From NCBI GenBank assembly GCA_049323895.1, contig JBMOKT010000012.1, positions 24,926 to 88,925 on the forward strand: DNA of 64,000 nucleotides, written 5' to 3'. A program made the position numbers and the translations under genes. Positions 38,816-47,954 of this stretch are shown here, in pieces. How positions within the stretch are numbered: the first letter of the stretch is position 1; every line of letters begins with the position of its first letter. Under the pieces are notes generated by a model. It worked only from the letters and a program-made list of their open reading frames with translations. It did not search any database and was not told the origin of the DNA. Source of the stretch: Bacillota bacterium. Lineage in GTDB: Bacteria; Bacillota; Peptococcia; Peptococcales; BICA1-8.

Positions 38816-39550
38816 TTACGCTAATGATAATGGTTTGCCAAGACCCACATTTACCTTTCCGCGGTAGGGCTGGGGTATTCCCAGTTCATCAAGGCATTCC
38901 AGGGCTTTTGTTTGTCCCTTTTCATCTGTTCTAAGTATTAAACCTAAGGAAAAGACAGTATCTATTTCCTTTTCTACCTTCTGTAAAGCTTTAAGTATGG
39001 TAGGCAGTTCCGCTTCTTTGCATTTTGCTTCGACGATAACAGATAATAGATGGTAATCCAAGCAATCTTCCTCTAATTTTCCCGTTTTTAAATCAGGCAT
39101 CAATGCTGCAAGGGGGGTGTGCTCTGCAGGGGCTAATTCGGCACCAACAGCTGCAATTGCCATAGCTACCTTTTCGGCATCCCTTAAAAATACTCCCATG
39201 CCGGGACGCCCCATATCAATTGCTATCCCTACTTCTCCCTTTTTTGTACGACCGGAAACATCATTTGTCTTTACCTCTTCCGTTCCCCTGCCGCTGACAC
39301 CGGTTACCCCGTGGCTTTCCACCGGATCGCTGATAACATGCTGGAACTGCTTATAAAAAGTATCTAACTCAATAGGCAGTATTGCTCCTTTGGGGCAAAC
39401 CTTCTGCCGAAGGCAAACATAGCACTCTGTACACCTTTGTTGGTCAATCCAGCACTTTTTATCCTCAGCGGAGTAATGAATAGCATCAACTGTACAATAT
39501 TTGTTACAAATTTTACAGCCATTGCACAAATCCTTATTGATAATTGTCAT
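38816..39550 (-). CDS. 2x[4Fe-4S] protein, module copy 3
   Basis: CNGCKICNKYC, CTECYVC...CP, GRGTEEVKTNDV; ATG 39550 after AAGGAG aligns with the copy 1 start. Confidence 0.85.
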   Translation of the reverse strand: MTIINKDLCNGCKICNKYCTVDAIHYSAEDKKCWIDQQRCTECYVCLRQKVCPKGAILPIELDTFYKQFQHVISDPVESHGVTGVSGRGTEEVKTNDVSGRTKKGEVGIAIDMGRPGMGVFLRDAEKVAMAIAAVGAELAPAEHTPLAALMPDLKTGKLEEDCLDYHLLSVIVEAKCKEAELPTILKALQKVEKEIDTVFSLGLILRTDEKGQTKALECLDELGIPQPYRGKVNVGLGKPLSLA

Positions 39551-39811
39551 ATTCCGACTCCTTTCATAATCATTTTTAGTTAACATACAGATGACATCAT
39601 ACATGTGATATTAAAAAATATTTCGAATTTTATTGATATATTCGTTACATCAAAATCATTACCTAGTTTATTTCATATATTTCAATAATTTTTAGAAGTC
39701 TTGAAATTAGAAATAACTATGGTTAATTAGAAAACACGTCTTGCGCCGAGCCTTTGGCGACTGCAAAGGTATAAAAAAAGCCCAAAGGATTTGGGCTATA
39801 CAACTTTCGAA

Positions 39812-40372
39812 TTATTCCTGGCTTTTCACCACTAAATCTTCATGCCAGTATTCAACTTGTTTGTGCTGGTTTACATCCTGATACATTTCCAAAAGGTGGG
39901 AATATTTGAAAGCAAAGCTGAAAAATAACTGAATTTCCGGCTTTGTTCTATCACAGGAACGGAGAATGACCTTATCAGGATAAAAATAGTATAGGTAATC
40001 GGCATCCCGCCATGTTAATTGAACATTGCCCAAATATAATACCACATTACCCCATTCCTCTATGTGAAAATCACTCAACAGTCCTCTCCCAACCTGGAAT
40101 TGACCAACCTTGTAGCCCAGGGTATGATCCAGCTTGCCCATAAAGGTGGTAAAATGCTCTAAGATAAACCTGCATGGAAGGCTTATTTCTTCTATCAACC
40201 TCCGCTCAGTGGTTAATCTTCGTTTAATAATATTTAGCCTTTCCAGACTGGGCAGGTTTTTCGGAATTTCTTTTAGGGATTCCTGCAACTGCCAAAAAGC
40301 CATATTTAAATCTTCATAGGTCTCTAAAAGTTTTTGGTCTAAATTTTTCCTGCTTTCCTGCATTAAGGTCAT
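39812..40372 (-). CDS. Hypothetical protein
   Basis: 186-aa ORF with AGGAAGG RBS and a downstream hairpin; no recognised motif. Confidence 0.6.
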   Translation of the reverse strand: MTLMQESRKNLDQKLLETYEDLNMAFWQLQESLKEIPKNLPSLERLNIIKRRLTTERRLIEEISLPCRFILEHFTTFMGKLDHTLGYKVGQFQVGRGLLSDFHIEEWGNVVLYLGNVQLTWRDADYLYYFYPDKVILRSCDRTKPEIQLFFSFAFKYSHLLEMYQDVNQHKQVEYWHEDLVVKSQE

Positions 40373-40500
40373 CCTTCCTAAAAAAACTTACTTTATATAC
40401 TTCCAGGTTCAATTCCTAAGTATACCATTTTTCTTAAATTATGCAATTTTCCACTGAACAAAAAAAATCCCCATTAATGTAGGGGATTTTTCTGTATGGC

Positions 40501-40577
40501 TGGTCGGGGTGACAGGATTTGAACCTGCGGCCTCTGCGTCCCGAACGCAGCGCTCTACCAAGCTGAGCCACACCCCG
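40501..40577 (-). tRNA. tRNA-Pro (anticodon CGG)
   Basis: CGGGGTG acceptor stem, anticodon arm CTGCG-TTCGGGA-CGCAG, GGTTCAAATCC T-loop, encoded CCA; followed by terminator 40461-40491. Confidence 0.97.
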
Positions 40578-40689
40578 ATAGGTTTAATTATAGCTATTTT
40601 TTCATCAGGGCGCAAATATATCTTGCTGATAAGTATAACAAACAAAATAGCAGGTAAACCTTTCTTTTACCGCTGCTACATATAAAAAA

Positions 40690-41832
40690 TTACATTTTAA
40701 TGCCCAGCATTATTGTTCTCATGACATTAGCTGCTGTCCTTTCAGCTAAAGCTTTCCCTTCTTTCATACATTCGTTAAGGGTTAGCGGTCTTTCAACAAT
40801 TGAGAAAACGGCGTCAATGCCTTTTCCATATAAAACATCTATTCCCGAGCCAATACTGCCAACTATGGCAATGACAGGAATATTCTTTTTTTTGGCTGCC
40901 TGGGCCACCCCATATGGAGTTTTCCCATGTACAGTCTGAAAATCAATCTGTCCTTCGCCAGTTATTACTAAATCGGCATCCGCTGCTTTTTCCTCAAGTT
41001 TTGTAGCTTCTATGACCAGTTCTATCCCTCTTTGCAGCTTAGCCCCACAAAAAGCCATAAGTCCTGCCCCTAGTCCCCCTGCTGCACCAGCACCAGGTTG
41101 GTCTTTTACATCCTTGCCTAAATCTCCCAGTATCATATCAGCCAGGTGTTCTAAGCTTTCATCGAGAAATTCAACCATTTCCGGTGTAGCACCCTTTTGA
41201 GGACCAAATACATGGGACGCTCCCCTAGGACCACATAAGGGATTGTCAACATCACAGGCCACTTTAAATAAACTGTTTTTAACTCTAGGGTCAATTTGAG
41301 CCATATCTATTTTAACAATGTCTTTTAAACAGCCCCCCCCAAAACCAATTTCTCTGCCTTCTTTATTCAAAAATTTAACACCTAAGGCCTGGGCCATTCC
41401 AACTCCGCCATCGTTTGTTGCACTGCCCCCAATTCCAATAATAAATTCTCTGCATCCTTTATCCAAAGCAGTCTTAATAATCTGCCCTGTACCATAGGTG
41501 GTAGTAATCAAGGGGTTCCTTTTATCAGAAGGAAGCATGGTTAAACCGGAGGCTAAGGCCATTTCAATCACTGCTGTCCTTCCATCACCCAAAATGCCAA
41601 AATAGGATTCCACCTCTGAACCTAAAGGGTCAAGAACCTTGATGGATACAATCTGCCCCATAGTGGCATCTACCAAGGTCTCTACAGTGCCTTCCCCGCC
41701 ATCTGCCATAGGAATCTTTAGCACCTCCGCATCGGGTAAGACGCTTTTAATGCCTTTTTCCATTGCATCAGCAGCCTCTTTGGCTGTCATGCTGCCTTTA
41801 AAGGAATCCGGTGCAATGATTATCTTTCCCAT
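40690..41832 (-). CDS. Glycerate kinase (GlxK/GarK family)
   Basis: IAPDSFKGS, ADGGEGT, GGSATNDGG, GAGAAGG, TGEG. Confidence 0.93.
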   Translation of the reverse strand: MGKIIIAPDSFKGSMTAKEAADAMEKGIKSVLPDAEVLKIPMADGGEGTVETLVDATMGQIVSIKVLDPLGSEVESYFGILGDGRTAVIEMALASGLTMLPSDKRNPLITTTYGTGQIIKTALDKGCREFIIGIGGSATNDGGVGMAQALGVKFLNKEGREIGFGGGCLKDIVKIDMAQIDPRVKNSLFKVACDVDNPLCGPRGASHVFGPQKGATPEMVEFLDESLEHLADMILGDLGKDVKDQPGAGAAGGLGAGLMAFCGAKLQRGIELVIEATKLEEKAADADLVITGEGQIDFQTVHGKTPYGVAQAAKKKNIPVIAIVGSIGSGIDVLYGKGIDAVFSIVERPLTLNECMKEGKALAERTAANVMRTIMLGIKM

Positions 41833-41878
41833 ATCATACCTCCAAAATAAACCCTGCCGAAAGGCAGGGCTTAATAGA

Positions 41879-42727
41879 TTAGTTTAGATACTTATAGGCT
41901 TCTAAAGTATTCTGCATTAACATGGCAATTGTCATAGGTCCTACACCGCCGGGAACAGGTGTTATCCAGCCGGCAGTTTCCAAACATGAATCAAACTCTA
42001 CGTCACCCACTAGTTTACCGTCATCCAACCTGTTTATTCCAACATCAATTACAACTGCACCAGGTTTAATCATATCTCCGGTAATAAAATTCGGTTTTCC
42101 TACAGCAGCTACGACTACATCTGCATCTTGAAGTTCTTTCTTCAAATCCTGTGTACGGGAATGGCAAATAGTAACGGTTGCGTTTTCATTTAGCAGTAAA
42201 ATACTAACCGGTTTTCCAACAATATTGCTTCTGCCAACAACTACTGCTTTTTTGCCTTTCAAGTCAAATCCGATTTCCTTTATCAAATGAATACAGCCTT
42301 TAGGTGTGCAAGGAACTAGGCTCTTTTCTCCGACAAATAAAGCACCAGCACTTAAAGGGTGGAAACCGTCTACATCTTTTTTGTAAGATATCTTATTTAT
42401 AACCTCTTTTTCATCCAAATGTTTTGGAAGAGGAAGCTGAACTAAAATGCCATGTATTTTCTGGTCGTTATTTAGCTTCTCTATTAAATCTAAGAGTTCT
42501 GTTTGAGCGGTATCGGCAGGGAGCCTATATACCTCAGAATGAAACCCTACTTCCTTACAGGCCTTTTCTTTATGACCAACATAAACCTGTGAAGCCGGGT
42601 CACTTCCAACTAGTACCACAGCTAAACCAGGAGCAATTCCTGCCTCTTTAATTTTTTCCACTTCAACTTTAATATTTTCCCTCAGCTTTTTTGCAACTTC
42701 CTTACCATCAATCAACTTAGCAGACAT
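41879..42727 (-). CDS. folD: Methylenetetrahydrofolate dehydrogenase/cyclohydrolase
   Basis: [33 protein letters not shown]; ATG 42727 after AGGAGG. Confidence 0.96.
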   Translation of the reverse strand: MSAKLIDGKEVAKKLRENIKVEVEKIKEAGIAPGLAVVLVGSDPASQVYVGHKEKACKEVGFHSEVYRLPADTAQTELLDLIEKLNNDQKIHGILVQLPLPKHLDEKEVINKISYKKDVDGFHPLSAGALFVGEKSLVPCTPKGCIHLIKEIGFDLKGKKAVVVGRSNIVGKPVSILLLNENATVTICHSRTQDLKKELQDADVVVAAVGKPNFITGDMIKPGAVVIDVGINRLDDGKLVGDVEFDSCLETAGWITPVPGGVGPMTIAMLMQNTLEAYKYLN

Positions 42728-42890
42728 TAAACAACCTCCTTGTTTTGTATTGTCGCACACTATTTATAATAGCCGAACTTATTATATATAATTTCGTTAT
42801 TAAGCCTTTAATTTCCTGCAAAGTATAAGATTTTTTTAGAATACCGAAACTTTACGGTCTGGTATTTCGCACAGTTCCCTAGTGTTTATG

Positions 42891-43181
42891 CTACATTATC
42901 TCCGATGAAATATTTATTATTTCATATTCATTTCCCACTTCAATAAATGAAATTATCCTGGAAATTTGCTGGTGAAGAATTTTTGTTTCATTACTTATGA
43001 GTGCTACGCCTATTTCCGCCACCTGCCACTGTTCAAGCTCACCAACCTCTGCTGCTGAAACATTAAATTTATTTTGCAGGCGTGTTATCAGACTTTTGAC
43101 TACCCTTCTCTTATCTTTTAGGGAATGGGAGGCAGGAATAAATAGTTTGACTGAAATTACACCCACCAACACAACAATCAC
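42891..43181 (-). CDS. DUF503 (YlxP-like) protein
   Basis: SLKDKRRVVKS...KFNVSAAEV. Confidence 0.88.
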   Translation of the reverse strand: MIVVLVGVISVKLFIPASHSLKDKRRVVKSLITRLQNKFNVSAAEVGELEQWQVAEIGVALISNETKILHQQISRIISFIEVGNEYEIINISSEIM

Positions 43182-43186
43182 CTACT

Positions 43187-44383
43187 TTATCCCATTTTAA
43201 TACTATCTAAGTCTTCACCATTACCTTCGTTTGCTAAGAACTTTTTTGATGCAACAATCTTCCAGGCTTCCTGAATGGTATTAACTGCAGAATTAGGTCT
43301 TTTTAAATATGCAGCCATTTCTTTCATATGCCTTAGACGCAAACTGTTAGAGCAGAGGCTGTTCAACTCCCGGATCAGATATTCCATCTTTTTAACTTTT
43401 ATAGCAACACCCTTATTGATAAAATAGTCAGTATTGCGCTCCTCTTGACCAGGCAGAGGAGATATGATAGCCATAGGAAGTTCCATGGCCAGTGCTTCAG
43501 CACAGGTAATACCACCCGGTTTTGTAACAATCAAATCAGCACAAGCCATAATTTCCGCTACATTTTCTACAAAACCTAGAACATGCAGCCTATTATCCCT
43601 TTTTAATAATTCCAAATTGTTCTTTAACTTTTGATTGGAACCAGCAATAACTATTATTTGCAAATGGGTTTCGTGCAAAAGTTTATACACTGCTTCCTCA
43701 ATTTTGCCCAAACCTAATCCGCCGCCCATAACTAATACTGTTTGTCTTTCGAGTAAGCCTAGCTTCTCCCGGGAGGTTTTTTTATCAGGAATATTACGGA
43801 ATTGGCTGCGAATGGGAATCCCGAAGGGTTTTACTTTGTCTAAATTTATTCCTTCATCAACGAAAGGATTGATAAGATCATCTTGTGGTATAACAAACAA
43901 ATCCACCTGGGGGTGAATCCAAAAACTATGTACCGTAAAATCAGTAATACAGGAAATTATAGGCTGTTTAAAATTCTTCTTATTCTTTAAGACAGATAAT
44001 ATTCCCACAGGAAACGCATGGGTACATATTAGCACATCGGGTCGGAAATCCATTAGTAGTTGATCCAGCTTCGGAGACAGAAGTTTGGAAAGAATTTGTC
44101 CTGTATCAACCAGCCTTTCCCCATCCTCAGCCTGTTCATATAGATACCCCCATACCTTGGGTGTAAATTTTATTGTTTCCATATAACTGCCAACAACTAC
44201 CTTGTTAAGAATGGAATTTATATATTTAAAGGTATCAACAATTAATACTTGGGAATCGGGAGCTTGTGTTTTAATATCCTGGGCTAAAGCATTAGCAACA
44301 CTATCATGACCAGAACCTATCGAGACTGAAAATATTAATATTTTTAGAGGGGCTAATACCATTTTTTTACTCCTTTCCATCAT
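43187..44383 (-). CDS. MGDG synthase/UgtP-like glycosyltransferase
   Basis: GSGH, ITDF..H..W, GIPIR, MGGGLG, TKPGG, PGQEERN. Confidence 0.9.
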   Translation of the reverse strand: MMERSKKMVLAPLKILIFSVSIGSGHDSVANALAQDIKTQAPDSQVLIVDTFKYINSILNKVVVGSYMETIKFTPKVWGYLYEQAEDGERLVDTGQILSKLLSPKLDQLLMDFRPDVLICTHAFPVGILSVLKNKKNFKQPIISCITDFTVHSFWIHPQVDLFVIPQDDLINPFVDEGINLDKVKPFGIPIRSQFRNIPDKKTSREKLGLLERQTVLVMGGGLGLGKIEEAVYKLLHETHLQIIVIAGSNQKLKNNLELLKRDNRLHVLGFVENVAEIMACADLIVTKPGGITCAEALAMELPMAIISPLPGQEERNTDYFINKGVAIKVKKMEYLIRELNSLCSNSLRLRHMKEMAAYLKRPNSAVNTIQEAWKIVASKKFLANEGNGEDLDSIKMG

Positions 44384-44413
44384 GCCAAATCATGTAATGG
44401 GAATAGTTAAGTG

Positions 44414-45094
44414 TTATTCTGCTACTATACTATAATTAGTTTTACTGATAACTTCTCCATCTATCTCTATTATTACCCAATAATCACCCATTGCATCAGG
44501 CAGTTTGTCCTGCCCCAATGCTCTTTTGGTAAGCCCCAGCATGGAATAGATGGCAATCTTACCGTCCACTGCTGTTAATTCCATTCTTTCCTCCTTAAAG
44601 ACCAACTGTTCCCGGGCATCTTTCCAGGAAATTTCTGCAATTACCGATTGTTTATTGGGGCTATAATAAGCAGCATAAAGATGTACAAAGTGATCCTGTC
44701 CAACAATGAATTTTTCCTTATGGGTGCCCATCCTATCTTCCTTCTTTTCATTTGATAAGAGTAAATAGTTAATGAAACCCTTACCCTCTTCTACTTGTGT
44801 TGGTTTTTCCTGCACTGTTTCAGTTGCTGTTTCTTCTAATAGTGAAAGACTTTCTTCTTCCTTTGGGGTATCTAGTTGCTCTGCCTGAGTCTCTAAATTT
44901 TCCTCCTCTTTATTTGCTTCACCTTCTGCCTCCTCGGGTATTTCTTCTCCATGTGCATTTTTGCTTTCAGCATCTGACTCTGCCTCTGTTTTGGCATCAA
45001 TACGCTTTACTTGGAATACCTTTTCACAACCGGTTAAGGAAAAAAATATACCCATAATAATAAAAAATATAATAATTTTCTTATTATTTCCCAT
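44414..45094 (-). CDS. Hypothetical lipoprotein
   Basis: Lipobox LTGC followed by an acidic low-complexity linker. Confidence 0.7.
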   Translation of the reverse strand: MGNNKKIIIFFIIMGIFFSLTGCEKVFQVKRIDAKTEAESDAESKNAHGEEIPEEAEGEANKEEENLETQAEQLDTPKEEESLSLLEETATETVQEKPTQVEEGKGFINYLLLSNEKKEDRMGTHKEKFIVGQDHFVHLYAAYYSPNKQSVIAEISWKDAREQLVFKEERMELTAVDGKIAIYSMLGLTKRALGQDKLPDAMGDYWVIIEIDGEVISKTNYSIVAE

Positions 45095-45224
45095 ATCCCC
45101 ACCTCAATTCTTTCTACCTTACTATCTCTTTAAACTAATCTTAACAAAAATAAACATACAAATATAGTGAAAATCGCTCATAGTGGCGAGTTACTAGTGG
45201 CTGGAAAGTAGATATTTCCTGAAA

Positions 45225-45863
45225 TTAGTTCGTGTTTATGGGTAGGTTTTTATTATTATAATCACATAGTAAACCTAATTTACACTTACTGCATTCAGGT
45301 TTTCTAGCCTTGCATACCAGTCTCCCATGCCAGATTAACCAGTGGTGGGCATCAGCCCAATCCTTTTCCGGTATAGTCACCATTAGCTGTTTTTCTGTTT
45401 CTAAAGGATCTTTGCTGTCAGCTAAACCTAGCCTGTTTGCCACACGAAAAACATGGGTATCAACGGCTATGGCGGGAATACCAAAAGCATTGCTTAACAC
45501 CACATTAGCCGTTTTTCTCCCTACACCGGGCAACTGCATTAACTCTTCTCGTGTTTGCGGAACACTACCCTCATATTTCTCAATAAGTATTTGGCAAGCA
45601 GCAACTATGTTCTTACTCTTATTCTTGTAGAGACCAATACTTTTTATTTCCTCAGACAATTGTTCAGAGGAAAGTCTTGCAAAGGAATAGGGAGCAGGAT
45701 ATTTTTTAAATAACTGTGCTGTCACTTTATTGACTTGTTTATCAGTAGACTGAGCGGAAAGAATTGTTGCTATCAGTAGTTCAAAAGGATTGTTGAATCT
45801 CAAAGCCGTTCCCACTCTGGGATAATTCTTTTTAAGTTCAGTAAGTATTGCTTTTTCCTTCAT
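45225..45863 (-). CDS. nth: Endonuclease III
   Basis: LSAQSTD, LPGVGRKTAN, VDTHV, C..RKP.C..C....C. Confidence 0.96.
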   Translation of the reverse strand: MKEKAILTELKKNYPRVGTALRFNNPFELLIATILSAQSTDKQVNKVTAQLFKKYPAPYSFARLSSEQLSEEIKSIGLYKNKSKNIVAACQILIEKYEGSVPQTREELMQLPGVGRKTANVVLSNAFGIPAIAVDTHVFRVANRLGLADSKDPLETEKQLMVTIPEKDWADAHHWLIWHGRLVCKARKPECSKCKLGLLCDYNNKNLPINTN

Positions 45864-45930
45864 ATCGTACTCCTTTTCTAAGTACAAAAATAAAAGGATC
45901 CCATTAGAAGCTAGGATCCTTCCCATTTAA

Positions 45931-46548
45931 TTATAAACCGGCCATCTTTGTTACTGCATCTTTTTGTATCATTATTTTGCCATGCTCCATTAAATAGGCT
46001 TCAGATAAATGAACCAAATTACTGTATTCACCCAGCATTCCTAATGAATGGTCAGTAAGGTTGTCAGGATCTATAAAAGTAAGGTAAAACACATTCCCCA
46101 TTTTATACATGTTTGACCTTCCCAGGTAGTCACCGTTAATGAGTTTGCATAGCTGTACCACATCTTCGAAACTTTTGAACATATAAACCAGTTCATCACT
46201 AGCTAGTTCAGCAAGTTCCTCATCATCCAATTCATTGTAGGCATCTTCAAGATCTTCATCATAATCTGTATCTAAAATATCCTTTTCACTCTGCTTGACC
46301 TTTGTCAATGTAATAACTAAGCTGTCCGTCGTCATTGGATATGCTTCAACCATTAGTTGGGTATCGGAATCAACTTCAAAACCACATTCCTCATAAGCTT
46401 GATCCAACATCTCCTGAAATAACTCCTGAGCCTTAGGACTAGAGGGCATTAAATCCCATTTTTTTACATCCCGCTTCTCTAAGTCTTCACTACTGACAAT
46501 TATTTGTACTTTGTCATCACTTAAACGCTTAAACTTCATGGTAACCAC
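45931..46548 (-). CDS. mecA: ClpC adaptor protein MecA
   Basis: MKFKRLSDDK...DLEKR N-domain; F..FEDV and L.EHG C-domain. Confidence 0.85.
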   Translation of the reverse strand: MVTMKFKRLSDDKVQIIVSSEDLEKRDVKKWDLMPSSPKAQELFQEMLDQAYEECGFEVDSDTQLMVEAYPMTTDSLVITLTKVKQSEKDILDTDYDEDLEDAYNELDDEELAELASDELVYMFKSFEDVVQLCKLINGDYLGRSNMYKMGNVFYLTFIDPDNLTDHSLGMLGEYSNLVHLSEAYLMEHGKIMIQKDAVTKMAGL

Positions 46549-46635
46549 CTCCTATTTGAAGGGGAATGTACAATTATTATAAGTTATACCTACCCAAAGT
46601 CAATAGGATAAAAACAAAAAAATATTTTAATCATT

Positions 46636-47154
46636 TTAGGCTAGGAATCCCGCCTTATTCAATTCCTGATGTATTTTATCCAAAACTCCTTGAGAAGGTG
46701 CCTCAATTGTATGCAAATGAATCCCCTTGGTTAAAGCAGATAATGGTTCTGCCTTAGAAAGCTTCATGTTTTCCAAAAATTGTTGTACATCACTATGTTT
46801 TTCCAGCATCAGATTTCCTTTCAGTTCACCATATAAAGGATGCTCAACAATGACATCTAATACTTTACCCCCATTATCTACAATGATCGTTAATTCTTCT
46901 GCCATACCTTTACTATCATGCTGGCATGCAAATATTCTGCTTTGCTTAGCAACATGCGCTGAATTATTAAGTAGAAGGTACCCCTGTGGTGTTGCAACAA
47001 TAGACTCTCCTTCTGCCCGCAAAAGCGCAATGTCCTGCACAATTATCTGGCGGCTAACCCCTAATATCTCCGATAACTTGCCGCCTTTTACCGGCTCAGG
47101 TGTATTGATCAATATCTCTAATATCTGTTGTCTGCGACTCTGGGGCATTGACAT
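46636..47154 (-). CDS. niaR: NiaR/NadR-type repressor (HTH_11 + 3H domain)
   Basis: VSRQIIVQDIALLRA, EHPLYG, LT.GIHLH. Confidence 0.9.
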   Translation of the reverse strand: MSMPQSRRQQILEILINTPEPVKGGKLSEILGVSRQIIVQDIALLRAEGESIVATPQGYLLLNNSAHVAKQSRIFACQHDSKGMAEELTIIVDNGGKVLDVIVEHPLYGELKGNLMLEKHSDVQQFLENMKLSKAEPLSALTKGIHLHTIEAPSQGVLDKIHQELNKAGFLA

Positions 47155-47380
47155 ATACCTCCTTACTAAGAGATTATGCAGGAAACTATATTAATTTGCA
47201 AACAGTAATAAAATTTTTTTACTTTAAAATATTGCCATATAGGGTATTACTTGTATATCGTACCTAATTCAGGTTTGTATTTTATATATTGTATAGATAT
47301 ACTACCTTTCTTGTTAATAAAATCATACCACATTATTTTGGAAAATAATTAAAAACCCTGTCCAAAGACAGGGATTTTAA

Positions 47381-47569
47381 TTATTTTTCTTTAATTGCTT
47401 CAGTAGGGCAGCTGTCCATTCCGTCGGCAGCAGTTTCTTCCATATCAGATGGTACTTCATCAACAATTACATCAGCTTTTCCATCATCATTCCAATCGTA
47501 GACTTCGGGACATAGGCTGATGCATGCACCACAAGCAATACATAAATCTTGGTCAACAAAAACCTTCAT
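47381..47569 (-). CDS. Monocluster ferredoxin
   Basis: CIACGAC...CP...CPTEAI. Confidence 0.92.
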   Translation of the reverse strand: MKVFVDQDLCIACGACISLCPEVYDWNDDGKADVIVDEVPSDMEETAADGMDSCPTEAIKEK

Positions 47570-47625
47570 CTAAAAACCACCTTTCCTGTAATAATAATAC
47601 AACTAATAATTTACCCATTTTTTTA

Positions 47626-47925
47626 CTATTTAATCTTTTTTTCTAGGACGGCAGAAATTTTTCCTTCCATTGTTAAGTTCTTATCTCTTCTGTCATCGAT
47701 GCGCAAAAGGGTAGAAACCCTTTGAGCACCTTGATTAAATGGAACCTCATGCATTTTTTTAACAACATCCAAAATTTCATCCAATTGTCCCTCTATAACA
47801 GTACCCATGGGGGTTAATTGGTATTTTAGACCTGATCCATCAATAACCTGATGGCACTGGGCTACATACTTACTAATACTGGTGCCTGTACCCAGAGGTG
47901 AAATCACAACTTCCGCAATAACCAA
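47626..47925 (-). CDS. MTH1187/thiamine-binding family protein
   Basis: PLGTGTS.S.YV, TPMGT.IEG, RV...RIDDRRDK. Confidence 0.88.
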   Translation of the reverse strand: MVIAEVVISPLGTGTSISKYVAQCHQVIDGSGLKYQLTPMGTVIEGQLDEILDVVKKMHEVPFNQGAQRVSTLLRIDDRRDKNLTMEGKISAVLEKKIK

Positions 47926-47954
47926 TTTTATCCTCTCCTGTAAAAAATAAATTT

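Noticed and set aside
9282-39550. Selenocysteine or pyrrolysine read-through, or frameshifted pseudogenes in the island
   Set aside because: The proteins appear full length for their families and end at expected C-terminal motifs; no split ORFs seen by eye
40439-40645. 68-aa ORF on the minus strand
   Set aside because: It is a translation through the tRNA-Pro gene and its terminator
42728-42890. THF or ZTP riboswitch upstream of folD
   Set aside because: Only a terminator-like hairpin and AT-rich promoter DNA; no aptamer consensus seen
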